From positions 9,237 to 73,236 of the forward strand of contig CAZMQI010000002.1 in the NCBI GenBank assembly GCA_964568585.1: DNA of 64,000 bases, read 5' to 3'. The position numbers were made by a program, and so were the translations under genes. Below, piece after piece: positions 40,808 to 49,324 of this stretch (its first letter is position 1; every line of letters begins with the position of its first letter). Source of the DNA: an uncultured Rhodospirillales bacterium (GTDB lineage: Bacteria; Pseudomonadota; Alphaproteobacteria; UBA9219; RGZA01). The notes under the pieces are model-generated. The model was not told the origin of the DNA. It searched no databases and saw only the letters and a program-made list of their open reading frames with translations.

Positions 40808-40820
40808 ATCTGTAAATTGA

Positions 40821-42170
40821 TTACGCGCTGCCATTGCCATTACTTGGGCGTGCGGAGCGCCCATAAAATGGTACTACGTTTCGTAATTTTTCTATGCGAC
40901 TGGCAAAGTCGAGTACCTCGGGCATAACTTCCTGAAGGTGACGAGAGCCATTGAAAATACCATAATGACCAACCTTTGGCTGAGTATATTTCACTTTTCT
41001 GGCTTCAGGAATGTTGGAGCACAGCGCATGCGCGGCATGGGTTTGCCCAGCACCCGTAATATCATCTTTTTCACCTTCAATAGTCATCAAGGAGACATGG
41101 CGAATTTTAGTTAAATCAATCACGCGTTCTTGCGGTGTGCCTTCGCGGTACTTGAAGACACCGCGTGGCAAATGATGCTCAAAAAACACCTTCACATTTG
41201 TTTGCCATACATACCGTGCGGTAGGGTCCATGACCGCTTCATATTCATCATAGAACGCGCGGTGTTTCTCGGCGCTATCGCCATCCCCCCTGACCAGATT
41301 CATAAAGTGATCATGATCGGCCTTCATATGCTTATCAATATTCGGAAATTTGAATGCATTTAACATGGCATAGCCCGGGGCAACCAAGCGTCCAAAACCC
41401 GGATAACGGGATGGCACATAATCAAATAATTTTCGTAATGTGTTTAACCCATATTTTAAAGCGTTGGTGTTTACAGGCGTTGGATTAATGCGCGTATCAA
41501 TAGGCCCGCCACGCAACGTCACACTCATGGGAACATGAGGATCGTTATCTGCTTCCATCATAGCAATCGCGGCCATCACAGGTACAGATGGCTGGCACAC
41601 CGCATCGACATGCACATTGCCCTTAAAACTACGAAATACATCGACCATATAATCAATATAGTCATCCAGATCAAAATCCTCTGCGCCCGCAGCAACCGGA
41701 ACATCCCGTGGATTATGCCAATCGGTGATATAAATATTTTCATGCGGCAGAAAGGCTTCAACTGTACCACGCAGCAAGGTTGCATAATGTCCCGACATTG
41801 GCGCAACAAAGAGTCGATTGGAATCTGGGGCGCGGCCTTGGGGCAAATCACGATCAAAATGCAATAAATCCATAAACGGCTTAGTCATTACAACTTTCTC
41901 GCGTACCGCAACTTCTTGCCCATCCACAACAGTAATAGGCAAGTTGAATTCGGGGCGAGCATAACGGCGAGTTTTGCGTTCAAATGTTTCACACGCCGCC
42001 CCCACCCAGCGAGCCATGTTGGTGGTAGCCACCAAAACTGCGTCAGTGGCAAACCCAAGGGGTGTAAATTGTAAAGGATTTGCCGGGTGGTGAAGAATAC
42101 TGCTTGCGAACTTGACACTAGCCTCGGTCATGTGTGCGCCAGCCGAGCCCGCAATCGCTCCTGCGCGCAT
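40821..42170 (-). CDS. phaZ: Intracellular polyhydroxyalkanoate depolymerase
   Basis: NPLQFTPLG...ACETFERKTRRYARPEFNL...VDGQEVAVREKVV..PF..LLHF and PMSGHYATLLR, the pattern of the PhaZ TIGR01849 family as I recall it. Confidence 0.8.
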   Translation of the reverse strand: MRAGAIAGSAGAHMTEASVKFASSILHHPANPLQFTPLGFATDAVLVATTNMARWVGAACETFERKTRRYARPEFNLPITVVDGQEVAVREKVVMTKPFMDLLHFDRDLPQGRAPDSNRLFVAPMSGHYATLLRGTVEAFLPHENIYITDWHNPRDVPVAAGAEDFDLDDYIDYMVDVFRSFKGNVHVDAVCQPSVPVMAAIAMMEADNDPHVPMSVTLRGGPIDTRINPTPVNTNALKYGLNTLRKLFDYVPSRYPGFGRLVAPGYAMLNAFKFPNIDKHMKADHDHFMNLVRGDGDSAEKHRAFYDEYEAVMDPTARYVWQTNVKVFFEHHLPRGVFKYREGTPQERVIDLTKIRHVSLMTIEGEKDDITGAGQTHAAHALCSNIPEARKVKYTQPKVGHYGIFNGSRHLQEVMPEVLDFASRIEKLRNVVPFYGRSARPSNGNGSA

Positions 42171-42304
42171 TGGTTCCGCTAAATCATGTGCTGCGTCGTG
42201 TAAAATATAACTCAGAGCGCTACCATCTATTGTTTTAAAATGGATGGTAAGCCTATGCCTCGATTCGGGAGGGTGTCTATGTAGCTAGTGTGCAGCGCAC
42301 ACAA

Positions 42305-43057
42305 CTAGAACGGCACGAAGTAGAAAAAGCGGTTGCGATACAACGGATCCGAGAAAAATTCAATAGAATGCATCGTCGCCTTTACTTTCCACAACCGGTC
42401 ATTCGCGCCTTGCTGCGTTGTGAAGACCGACGGGCCTATGTATTCGGCATCGGTGATTTCGATGTTAAAGCGCACATAGGCAATGCGGTTGGGGTTATTC
42501 GCCTGTTCGAACTTCTGCCGCAAATCCTTGGCTTGCTCTTCACTTAAACGTAGACCCGGCAAGGTCACGGGGTTATTGGTGATAACCTGAAAACGGGAGG
42601 GCAGCAAAATGTTGTTGGGTTTGGTGCAAACCTCGGCATGGGGGCGCGCATCCGTCGGGAACGTATTCACCTTCTGCATCGGCGTCTGTTCGGAGAACAG
42701 GTAATATTTTGACTCAGCATCATAACGCGAGAACATGATTTTGCTGCGAACCGACAACCGTGTGGGGAATTTGTTAGAGCGTGGCGCAAGCCATTTCTTC
42801 ATCGCTTCACGCGCCTGGTTCCAGCGGAACTCGTCATTGAAGCTGCCCTGCACCACATCGCAATGCGCGACCATGCTATAGGCATCAAGGAAATCGGTAT
42901 TTTCAGGTTTGAATTTACCAATCTTAATCAACGCATGCAGCACATTCACATAATTCAAATCCAGATAGCTACGCACGGGCGGGTTAGCCGACGCAGGCAA
43001 TGGCGCGAGAACGGCTGCTATTAAAAAAAACGTGATGAGGTTAAGTGTTCGTTTCAT
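42305..43057 (-). CDS. Secreted hypothetical protein
   Basis: ORF trimmed to the ATG at 43055-43057, giving the signal peptide MKRTLNLITFFLIAAVLAPLPASA. The start overlaps the mutY stop by 1 nt (TGATG). Confidence 0.6.
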   Translation of the reverse strand: MKRTLNLITFFLIAAVLAPLPASANPPVRSYLDLNYVNVLHALIKIGKFKPENTDFLDAYSMVAHCDVVQGSFNDEFRWNQAREAMKKWLAPRSNKFPTRLSVRSKIMFSRYDAESKYYLFSEQTPMQKVNTFPTDARPHAEVCTKPNNILLPSRFQVITNNPVTLPGLRLSEEQAKDLRQKFEQANNPNRIAYVRFNIEITDAEYIGPSVFTTQQGANDRLWKVKATMHSIEFFSDPLYRNRFFYFVPF

Positions 43058-44181
43058 CAAGACTTTTCTAAACCCAAATGGTGTTGTGCAGCATCCGCAA
43101 TCCGGCGTGTCAGCGTTGGTAATGCCAGTGTGGACAAGTCTTTCCATTTCATCCAGCGATATTCGCCATTATCCATAGTATGGGGAGAAAATGCGGCACT
43201 GCTATGGCCAATTCGCAACGCTGTTTCAAGTTTGAAATGCGAAAACACATGCGATACAGGCTTTGCCCCCGCAATCCAGCGCAAAGGTGCGGGCGCATGG
43301 CGTTTCAAAACGCCCTTATTCGGCTTGGTTGCTTCCCAAGGCGTGCTGGGAAATTCCCACATCCCACCCAGCAATCCTTTATCTTCACGTTTTCTTAATA
43401 ACACGTCACCTTTTTTGTTCACGGCGATGAAGGCAGTCATAAATTTTTGCGGTGATTTTTGTTTAGCGATTTTACGTGGATAATCTTCCATCGTGCCGTG
43501 TGCATAGGCGTTGCAGTTTTTCCGCCAAGGGCATGTGGTACAAAGCGGGTTTCGTGGCAAACAAACCGTTGCGCCCAACTCCATGACTGCTTGCGAATAA
43601 TCACCAAAACGATTTTTTGGCAAACAGTTTGCTGCCAAGTCGTGCAATGTTTTTTTAGCGGCTGGTAATTTTTCTTCGACTGCGAAAATGCGTGCCATTA
43701 CACGTTCCACATTTCCATCAACCACCACCGTTTTTTTATCGAATGCTATCGCCGCAATTGCGGCTGCGGTGTATGGGCCAATGCCCGGCAATGCACGTAA
43801 TGCTGTTTCATCTTGCGGGATGTTACCACCATGCTGCGCCACAATAGCGCGAACGCATTCATGTAAAAACTTTGCACGGCGATAATAACCAAGACCAGAC
43901 CATGCATGACGCACATCATCCAGCGAGGCGTTGGCAAGCGCCGCCAAGGTCGGCCAACGCTTGGTGAAAGCTTTAAAATACGGAATGACCGTGACCACCT
44001 GCGTTTGCTGTAACATGAATTCCGACAGTAATTCATGATACGGATTTGGCCGTTTAGCACCCTTCACGCGCGCATTCTTAACTCTCCACGGCATATCTCT
44101 CCCATGCGCGTCATACCAGCGCAGCAAAGCAGCGGGAGATGGTGGCTTTAAAGCATGTTTTTTGGGGACTCTACGAATCAT
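43057..44181 (-). CDS. mutY: A/G-specific adenine DNA glycosylase
   Basis: ORF trimmed to the ATG at 44179-44181 (MIRRVPKKH...). LSEFMLQQTQV, the HhH LPGIGPYTAAAIAAIAF, the 4Fe-4S loop CLPRNPLCTTCPWRKNC and a C-terminal MutT-like domain. Confidence 0.9.
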   Translation of the reverse strand: MIRRVPKKHALKPPSPAALLRWYDAHGRDMPWRVKNARVKGAKRPNPYHELLSEFMLQQTQVVTVIPYFKAFTKRWPTLAALANASLDDVRHAWSGLGYYRRAKFLHECVRAIVAQHGGNIPQDETALRALPGIGPYTAAAIAAIAFDKKTVVVDGNVERVMARIFAVEEKLPAAKKTLHDLAANCLPKNRFGDYSQAVMELGATVCLPRNPLCTTCPWRKNCNAYAHGTMEDYPRKIAKQKSPQKFMTAFIAVNKKGDVLLRKREDKGLLGGMWEFPSTPWEATKPNKGVLKRHAPAPLRWIAGAKPVSHVFSHFKLETALRIGHSSAAFSPHTMDNGEYRWMKWKDLSTLALPTLTRRIADAAQHHLGLEKS

Positions 44182-44206
44182 AGGTTTGAATATAGGATAA
44201 AAGCTA

Positions 44207-44527
44207 ATGGCAAAACACATCCAACAATTACTGAACAATCTGGCAGGCAAGGTGCTTGGCCCTGAATGGCGCGTGCTGCGGTTGCTGATGGATCATTGGA
44301 AAACGATTGTCGGCGATGATATGGCCGAACATGCCTGTCCCGTTGGCATTAAACTTGTGCCTCAAGCAGGCAGTAGTGATAAGTCTGAACAAGCCAAACT
44401 CGTCGTACGTATTCCTGGTGCGCTTGCCCCGCAATTCCAGATGATGCAAGGCGTAATGCTGGAACGTATCAACCAGCTGGTGGGGTATGATTTCATCAGC
44501 AAAATCATCTTCGAACACAAGGTATAG
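44207..44527 (+). CDS. DUF721 (DciA-like) protein
   Basis: 106 aa. W..IVGDDMAEHACPVGIK...LVVRIPGALAPQFQMMQGVMLERINQLVGYDFISKIIF fits the DUF721 pattern. Divergent from mutY. Confidence 0.65.
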   Translation: MAKHIQQLLNNLAGKVLGPEWRVLRLLMDHWKTIVGDDMAEHACPVGIKLVPQAGSSDKSEQAKLVVRIPGALAPQFQMMQGVMLERINQLVGYDFISKIIFEHKV

Positions 44528-44546
44528 AACGGGTTAAGAACAGGCT

Positions 44547-44602
44547 AAGAACGGCAACCGCCGTTCCGTGAGCTTATGTAAACGTAGCCCTACGGCGTTT
44601 GA
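44547..44602. repeat. Intergenic structured repeat, copy 2
   Basis: AAGAACGGCAACCGCCGTTCCGTGAGCTTATGTAAACGTAGCCCTACGGCGTTTGA. See copy 1 at 39384-39439. Both copies lie 20-32 nt after the stop of a plus-strand gene. Confidence 0.6.
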
Positions 44603-44690
44603 TTATTTAATGCCTTTCTCTTGCCATACTGTACCGTTTATATAGTCTAGTGTTTTCCAAATAATGGTTATGACCCCAAAGGATCCACCC

Positions 44691-45386
44691 ATGCGCTCTT
44701 CTTTCTTTGCCTTTCTTCCCTTGCTTGCTGCGTTGATAATTTCGCCAGCCCTTGCTGCTGAACCTGCTGCTGACCATGCTGGTCATGCACACACAGAACT
44801 CGATAATATGAAACGGGATATCGCCAAAAAAGAAGCAACCGATCATGCCGTAAAAACCGGCGATATTTTAACCGAACATGTAATGGGTAATCCGGCTGCG
44901 CCCGTTACCATCATCGAATATGCATCATTGAACTGCTCGCATTGCGCGTCTTTCCACAAGGACATTCTGCCGGAAGTTGTGAAGAAGTATATTTCCACCG
45001 GCAAAGTCAAACTGATCTTCCGTGATTTCCCGTTAAACGCGCAAGCACTGAAGGCTGCCCAGCTTGCACAATGCATGCCGGAAGACCGTTATTTCCCGTT
45101 CATCAAAACTCTGTTTGAAAATCAGGAAGGTTGGAGCACCGCAAAGGACACCGATGCAACCCTTACCCAATATGCAAAATTGGCAGGTCTGCCGGGCGAA
45201 CGCATCACCAAATGCCTTGCTGACAAGAACCTTCAGGACGCGCTGGTTAAACGCCGCATGCAGGCTGAAAACCAGTTCAAGATCAATGCAACGCCAAGCT
45301 TTGTCATCGATTATGGCAAAGAAACCATCAGCGGCATCAGTACCTTCGAAGAATTCGATAAGGCGATTGCGAAGTACGTGAAGTAA
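44691..45386 (+). CDS. DsbA-family periplasmic thiol:disulfide oxidoreductase
   Basis: ORF trimmed to the ATG at 44691, giving the signal peptide MRSSFFAFLPLLAALIISPALA. Thioredoxin-fold active site LNCSHCASFH. Confidence 0.85.
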   Translation: MRSSFFAFLPLLAALIISPALAAEPAADHAGHAHTELDNMKRDIAKKEATDHAVKTGDILTEHVMGNPAAPVTIIEYASLNCSHCASFHKDILPEVVKKYISTGKVKLIFRDFPLNAQALKAAQLAQCMPEDRYFPFIKTLFENQEGWSTAKDTDATLTQYAKLAGLPGERITKCLADKNLQDALVKRRMQAENQFKINATPSFVIDYGKETISGISTFEEFDKAIAKYVK

Positions 45387-45402
45387 GCTTTTTCAAACAC
45401 AC

Positions 45403-45431
45403 AAAAAAATCCCCGCCAAACTACGGCGGGG
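45403..45431 (-). terminator. Rho-independent terminator closing the minus-strand Pro/Ala-rich operon (possibly bidirectional)
   Basis: On the minus strand: CCCCGCC-GTAGTTT-GGCGGGG followed by ATTTTTTT. It lies between the convergent DsbA-family gene and ORF 45457-46128. Confidence 0.65.
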
Positions 45432-45456
45432 ATAATTCTTTACAATGATGCTTGTA

Positions 45457-46128
45457 TTAAGCGCCCATCGTCGGTGCTGGTGCACGTGGCGCCGTTGCTG
45501 GTGCCGCTGCTGGCGCCGCTTGGCTAACCCGCAAAACACCCTGTGCGTCAGGCTGTGATAATGCTGGAACCAGACCCGTGTCTTGTGCTGCTGCCAACAC
45601 ACCATCCAATCTGGCTTTAACGTCAGCAGGTGGTGTAACAGGGTCACCTTGTGCAACATAGGAATTAGCCTGCGGGCTCCATACAGCTTTGTGATATACG
45701 GCGCCATCAATAGATGCAGGCACTGGTGGAGGGCCGGCTTCTGCTGGTGTAACACCGGGTATGCTTGCTTTCTTATCCGCGCCTACTTCAAGACCAACAC
45801 GGGCTAAATATGCTTGGCCGTCGGGCCCTTGACGAACCGCCTGTGCAAACACACTGCTGCTATCAAATGGGGGGTTATTTAAAGTTGCCCCATTTTCTGT
45901 ACGTGTATTGGGTGATACCTGAAAGGTAATGCGTTCGCCTGGCTTTGTACGACCAAAACGGTCAGGTGTACCTGCTGCTGCTGCAACAGAAACAATCCCT
46001 CTGTTCGATGCCAGATCCAGATTTCCAGTTCCCGGTAAGACAGCATCTGCAAAATTTTCTGCAGGTGTTTTACGTCCAGTTACGCGTGTTCTATGTTCGC
46101 CTGGTTGTGATCCGTGTGTAACTCCCAT
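45457..46128 (-). CDS. Hypothetical Pro/Ala-rich protein A (third gene of the C-B-A operon)
   Basis: AGAGGAG RBS. N-terminus MGVTHGSQPGEHRTRVTGRK, then NFADAVLPG. Ala/Pro tail. No signal peptide and no recognised domain. Confidence 0.6.
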   Translation of the reverse strand: MGVTHGSQPGEHRTRVTGRKTPAENFADAVLPGTGNLDLASNRGIVSVAAAAGTPDRFGRTKPGERITFQVSPNTRTENGATLNNPPFDSSSVFAQAVRQGPDGQAYLARVGLEVGADKKASIPGVTPAEAGPPPVPASIDGAVYHKAVWSPQANSYVAQGDPVTPPADVKARLDGVLAAAQDTGLVPALSQPDAQGVLRVSQAAPAAAPATAPRAPAPTMGA

Positions 46129-46216
46129 GGGTAGCTCCTCTTTGTTGTAAATTGATGTTTTAGTGTTTGTTTGTACTACTTATCTAACGTTCAAATTCAG
46201 AATTCATGGATTGTGC

Positions 46217-46576
46217 TCATGTAATAACTGGCCCTCCTCTAGCGGTGATTTGCGCTGGGCTTGGCGCCGCACTTTGAACTTCTGGAAGATCAAAATCAGT
46301 CAAATTTCTCATCGCTAATGGGCCCGCAGCAACCGATGCTACCTGCACAGGTGCAGCAGCTGGAGCTGCAGCGGGTGCCGCAACGGGCGGTGTTGCCCTA
46401 GCAGGAGCAACTCCCGCAATCTGCTGTACCGAAGGTGGTCTGTTGCCGGGTACAACACCTTCTGCAACGTCAAATCTGGTTAAATCAACAGGCGCATGCT
46501 GTGGCAATCGTGCGGGAAGCGCAGGAGGTGTAAGCTCCTCTCTATGTCTTCCTCTACCTTTCCTATTATTTCCCAT
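46217..46576 (-). CDS. Hypothetical Pro/Ala-rich protein B
   Basis: ORF trimmed to the ATG at 46574-46576 behind AAGGAAGGA. N-terminus MGNNRKGRGRHRE. Two copies of the DFD motif: DLTRFDVAE (46460-46486) and NLTDFDLPE (46280-46306). Confidence 0.55.
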   Translation of the reverse strand: MGNNRKGRGRHREELTPPALPARLPQHAPVDLTRFDVAEGVVPGNRPPSVQQIAGVAPARATPPVAAPAAAPAAAPVQVASVAAGPLAMRNLTDFDLPEVQSAAPSPAQITARGGPVIT

Positions 46577-46600
46577 GTGCTTTCCTTCCTTTTGCAATCT

Positions 46601-47218
46601 TTACATTCGTGGTGGCGCTGCAACTGCAGGAGCCGCCGGTGCTGGAGCCACGCCAGCTATCGCAGCTGGTGATGGCGCTACCGCAGGCGCTGCTTCTGGA
46701 ACATCAAAGTCTGCAATATTACCACTAATTGGCGCAGGTAATGGTCCAGCTGGCGGCCCCTCTGGCGCTGCTGGTGCTGCCGGTGGCGCAGCTGCTACTG
46801 GTGCGGCTGGATCTGGCGCTGGACCAGTTCGTGGCTGGAATCCATTTGGGCTTTCCCGCAATCCATCAACACCTGTCTGCAGTTCATTGAATGCTTGTGC
46901 ATTGGCTGGATTATTACGGAATTCTTGGCCAGCTGGCGTTTCAAGGCCAGCGGCAATACGTTGCATTCTCTCAAGACGGCTTTCATTTGGGAAAGCTGGA
47001 TCTGGTCGGAATGCTTTATCCATTAATTCGCGAACGCCATTTGTAGCAGGCCCCGCTTTTCCATCAACACACAACTGGCGTGCATTCGGACCATATAATT
47101 TTTGCAACAGCTTGTTCATCGCTTCTTGTTCAGCTCTAACGGCTGGATCAGCCGCAGCTGCTGGACGCGCGCGGCGAGGAGAATGTCTCGGTAAATTATT
47201 TCTGCGATGACGACCCAT
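46601..47218 (-). CDS. Hypothetical protein C with a PG_binding_1-like segment and a Pro/Ala-rich tail
   Basis: AAGGAAG RBS. N-terminus MGRHRRNNLPRHSPRRARP. LCVDGKAGPATNGVRELM resembles the DG.xGxxT core of peptidoglycan-binding domain 1. NIADFDVPEAAPAVAPSPA at 46694-46720 onward. Confidence 0.6.
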   Translation of the reverse strand: MGRHRRNNLPRHSPRRARPAAAADPAVRAEQEAMNKLLQKLYGPNARQLCVDGKAGPATNGVRELMDKAFRPDPAFPNESRLERMQRIAAGLETPAGQEFRNNPANAQAFNELQTGVDGLRESPNGFQPRTGPAPDPAAPVAAAPPAAPAAPEGPPAGPLPAPISGNIADFDVPEAAPAVAPSPAAIAGVAPAPAAPAVAAPPRM

Positions 47219-47519
47219 AACATCTTCCTTACGGAATTAAAAATCTTGTGTGTGTAACGTGATTATCAGCACAAGCCCTTAAAATATATTTAATGGGCAA
47301 ATGTTCATTTAGTATCGGTAGTTAGCGGGTTAATGAATATGGTTAATGAGTCATGAAAATACATTTTTGCTGTTTGTCATTGATTTTATTGGTTTATTTG
47401 AATGGGAAAAAATCCATGTAATTACAGTTTAGTTAAAAACAGCAGTTTTTATTGGGAAAAACACGCGTCATCGCTACGCAAACCGCGCCCAATTTTAATA
47501 CAAAATATGAAAAAAAATC

Positions 47520-48638
47520 TCAGTTGGAAATGCGGTGAATCTGCAACGGCGGATGCGATGCGGGTAGATCAACGCGCGATGCGGGTGGTTGTTGAGCAGA
47601 TAGAGTGTTGATGCGCCAATTTGTTGTTGGCGGACTGTATCCTTGAACGGCACCTGCATGCACAGGATATGGTGCAGGTTGCACGGGACGCTGTGCTTGA
47701 TACATCGGTTGCTGCGCGGACATATGTGGTTGAACTGCTGATCTTGGTTGTGGAGGTTGATTTATTCCCAGCAAACTTCCAACCCCATGTGCAATTCCAC
47801 CGGCCACAGTAGCAATTGTATTGCCTACACCCTTTACAAAGCGACCCAATGCACCAAGCAGGCTCTGGTCATAGTTTTCCTTGGCGGCATATTGATACGT
47901 ATTGTGGCTTGGCGCCAATTGTATGCCAAATTCGGCTAATCCTCTACGCAGTGATGGCCATTGCGAGCGATAGCCTTCCTCGGATATGGCAAAATCGGCA
48001 ACGCTCTCACGTCGCACGCTGCCGTCTGCCAACGCAGTGCGTAGTTCATTGATCTCACTCTGCACAGGATTCTTCAAAAGCATTTGCACATGCGGCGGCA
48101 ACTCACCACGGTCTTTCGCGGCTTGGAATTGTCTTAAAAACCTAATCGTCTGACCTTGAGGAATATTATCGGCTTCAAAAAATGTCACGCCGCAATTTTT
48201 TGCAAAGTGCCGCACCTGATCATGGAATGAACGTTCCCATCCACCATTCATCCACTGCGATTCCGTCATACCATATCTGCGTTTAGCAGCTTCTTTTCTT
48301 GCCAGTTCGCCTGCTTCATATCTACTACCGGTTGGGCCCGTGCGGCCTTCACTATATACACCCACATGGCGGACGCCACGTTGGCGTATATAATCCAGCA
48401 TTTGTCCTGCTTGGCTACGCATATCTGTGGTGCCACCCACATCCACCATGACTGCAATATTGGTTCCGTGCTGGCGTATCGCTTCGTCAATTTCGGAACG
48501 CGATAAGGTGCGGGCGCCAACTGTGTTACTTATGTTTGATGCAAAGAGCAAACGACGCGGCGGCGTATATATAGGCGCAGGCGTTCCTTGCACCTGCGGC
48601 GGGCTATATGGGTATGATGCGTTGGGCTGTACGGCCAT
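47520..48638 (-). CDS. Leaderless protein D: putative TIM-barrel glycosidase-like domain + glycine zipper + Pro/Gln spacer + tail motifs
   Basis: 372 aa. IAVMVDVGG...VGVYSEG...WMNGGWERSF...GVTFFEADNI (weak GH114-like pattern by eye). LGALGRFVKGVGNTIATVAGGIAHGVGSLLG. WRINT at 47604-47618. The terminal PLQIHRISN* has its motif at 47532-47546. Confidence 0.65.
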   Translation of the reverse strand: MAVQPNASYPYSPPQVQGTPAPIYTPPRRLLFASNISNTVGARTLSRSEIDEAIRQHGTNIAVMVDVGGTTDMRSQAGQMLDYIRQRGVRHVGVYSEGRTGPTGSRYEAGELARKEAAKRRYGMTESQWMNGGWERSFHDQVRHFAKNCGVTFFEADNIPQGQTIRFLRQFQAAKDRGELPPHVQMLLKNPVQSEINELRTALADGSVRRESVADFAISEEGYRSQWPSLRRGLAEFGIQLAPSHNTYQYAAKENYDQSLLGALGRFVKGVGNTIATVAGGIAHGVGSLLGINQPPQPRSAVQPHMSAQQPMYQAQRPVQPAPYPVHAGAVQGYSPPTTNWRINTLSAQQPPASRVDLPASHPPLQIHRISN

Positions 48639-48736
48639 TCCAGCTCGCTAAAAATACATAAAATATATCTCGTATTTTATCTAATCTAGGTTAGTAAGCG
48701 ATGAAGGAACGTGGTTAATTTAATAAAACAAATAAC

Positions 48737-49201
48737 TTATTGGCTTTCTTTATCTTCCCAATCGGTCGGGGGACCCATCACTTTGATGGCGGTGCCGAAC
48801 AAATGGGTTTCGTAAACCGGCACATCGGCATAGTTACGGCGCTGGGTTGTGTAGCGCACAATCTGGTATTGCGCGTGAATAACGGCATCCGCGCCCGTTG
48901 AAAATGCCAGTTCCTGCATCATGCGTGTCGCTTGCTGGGATGATGCGGTTGGGTCATAAGGCTGGCCGGGCTCGGCTGTATAATGGGAGAACACGCGCAA
49001 CGTATCCAGAATAGCGTAGCGGTATTTCACATCACCCGTGATAACTCTAATCGTTGCAATCTTGCGTTCGCGTTCTTCTTTGGCACGCGCTTGGGCATCT
49101 GATTGCTGTTGCTTGGCGCGGTCTTTGCGTTCTTGCTCTTCACGCAGCTTTGCGCGCTCTTCATTCGCTTTCTTCAGATTTTCTTTAATGGAATCAAACA
49201 T
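48737..49201 (-). CDS. Hypothetical protein: Lys/Glu/Arg-rich coiled-coil N-terminus + possible YbjQ (UPF0145)-like domain
   Basis: 154 aa. ...AFSTGADAVIHAQYQI...THLFGTAIKV resembles the YbjQ pattern A..GADAV......GTA.K by eye only. Confidence 0.5.
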   Translation of the reverse strand: MFDSIKENLKKANEERAKLREEQERKDRAKQQQSDAQARAKEERERKIATIRVITGDVKYRYAILDTLRVFSHYTAEPGQPYDPTASSQQATRMMQELAFSTGADAVIHAQYQIVRYTTQRRNYADVPVYETHLFGTAIKVMGPPTDWEDKESQ

Positions 49202-49324
49202 GGAATGTGTGCTGGTTTAAAGGTGAGCGGGAAGAGTAAGCCAATCCTCGATAAAAAAGGATTAAATTTTTCCAAACCTATGATAAACCTAGGCTTTCTG
49301 TAACCCGTTCACAACCCATGCCCT

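Noticed and set aside
46443-47210. A 255-aa plus-strand ORF rich in Ala/Gly (AGAAGAGATPAIAAGDGATAGAASG...).
   Set aside because: It is the antisense shadow of the GC-rich Pro/Ala-coding genes C and B. The minus-strand genes have strong RBSs and non-repetitive N-terminal parts. The plus-strand ORF has neither.
45457-47218. MG-initial N-termini of proteins A, B and C (and of the 168-aa protein at 27966) as eukaryotic N-myristoylation signals of host-targeted effectors.
   Set aside because: Position 6 is not Ser/Thr in any of them (G, K, R). Nothing else in the window indicates an intracellular lifestyle.
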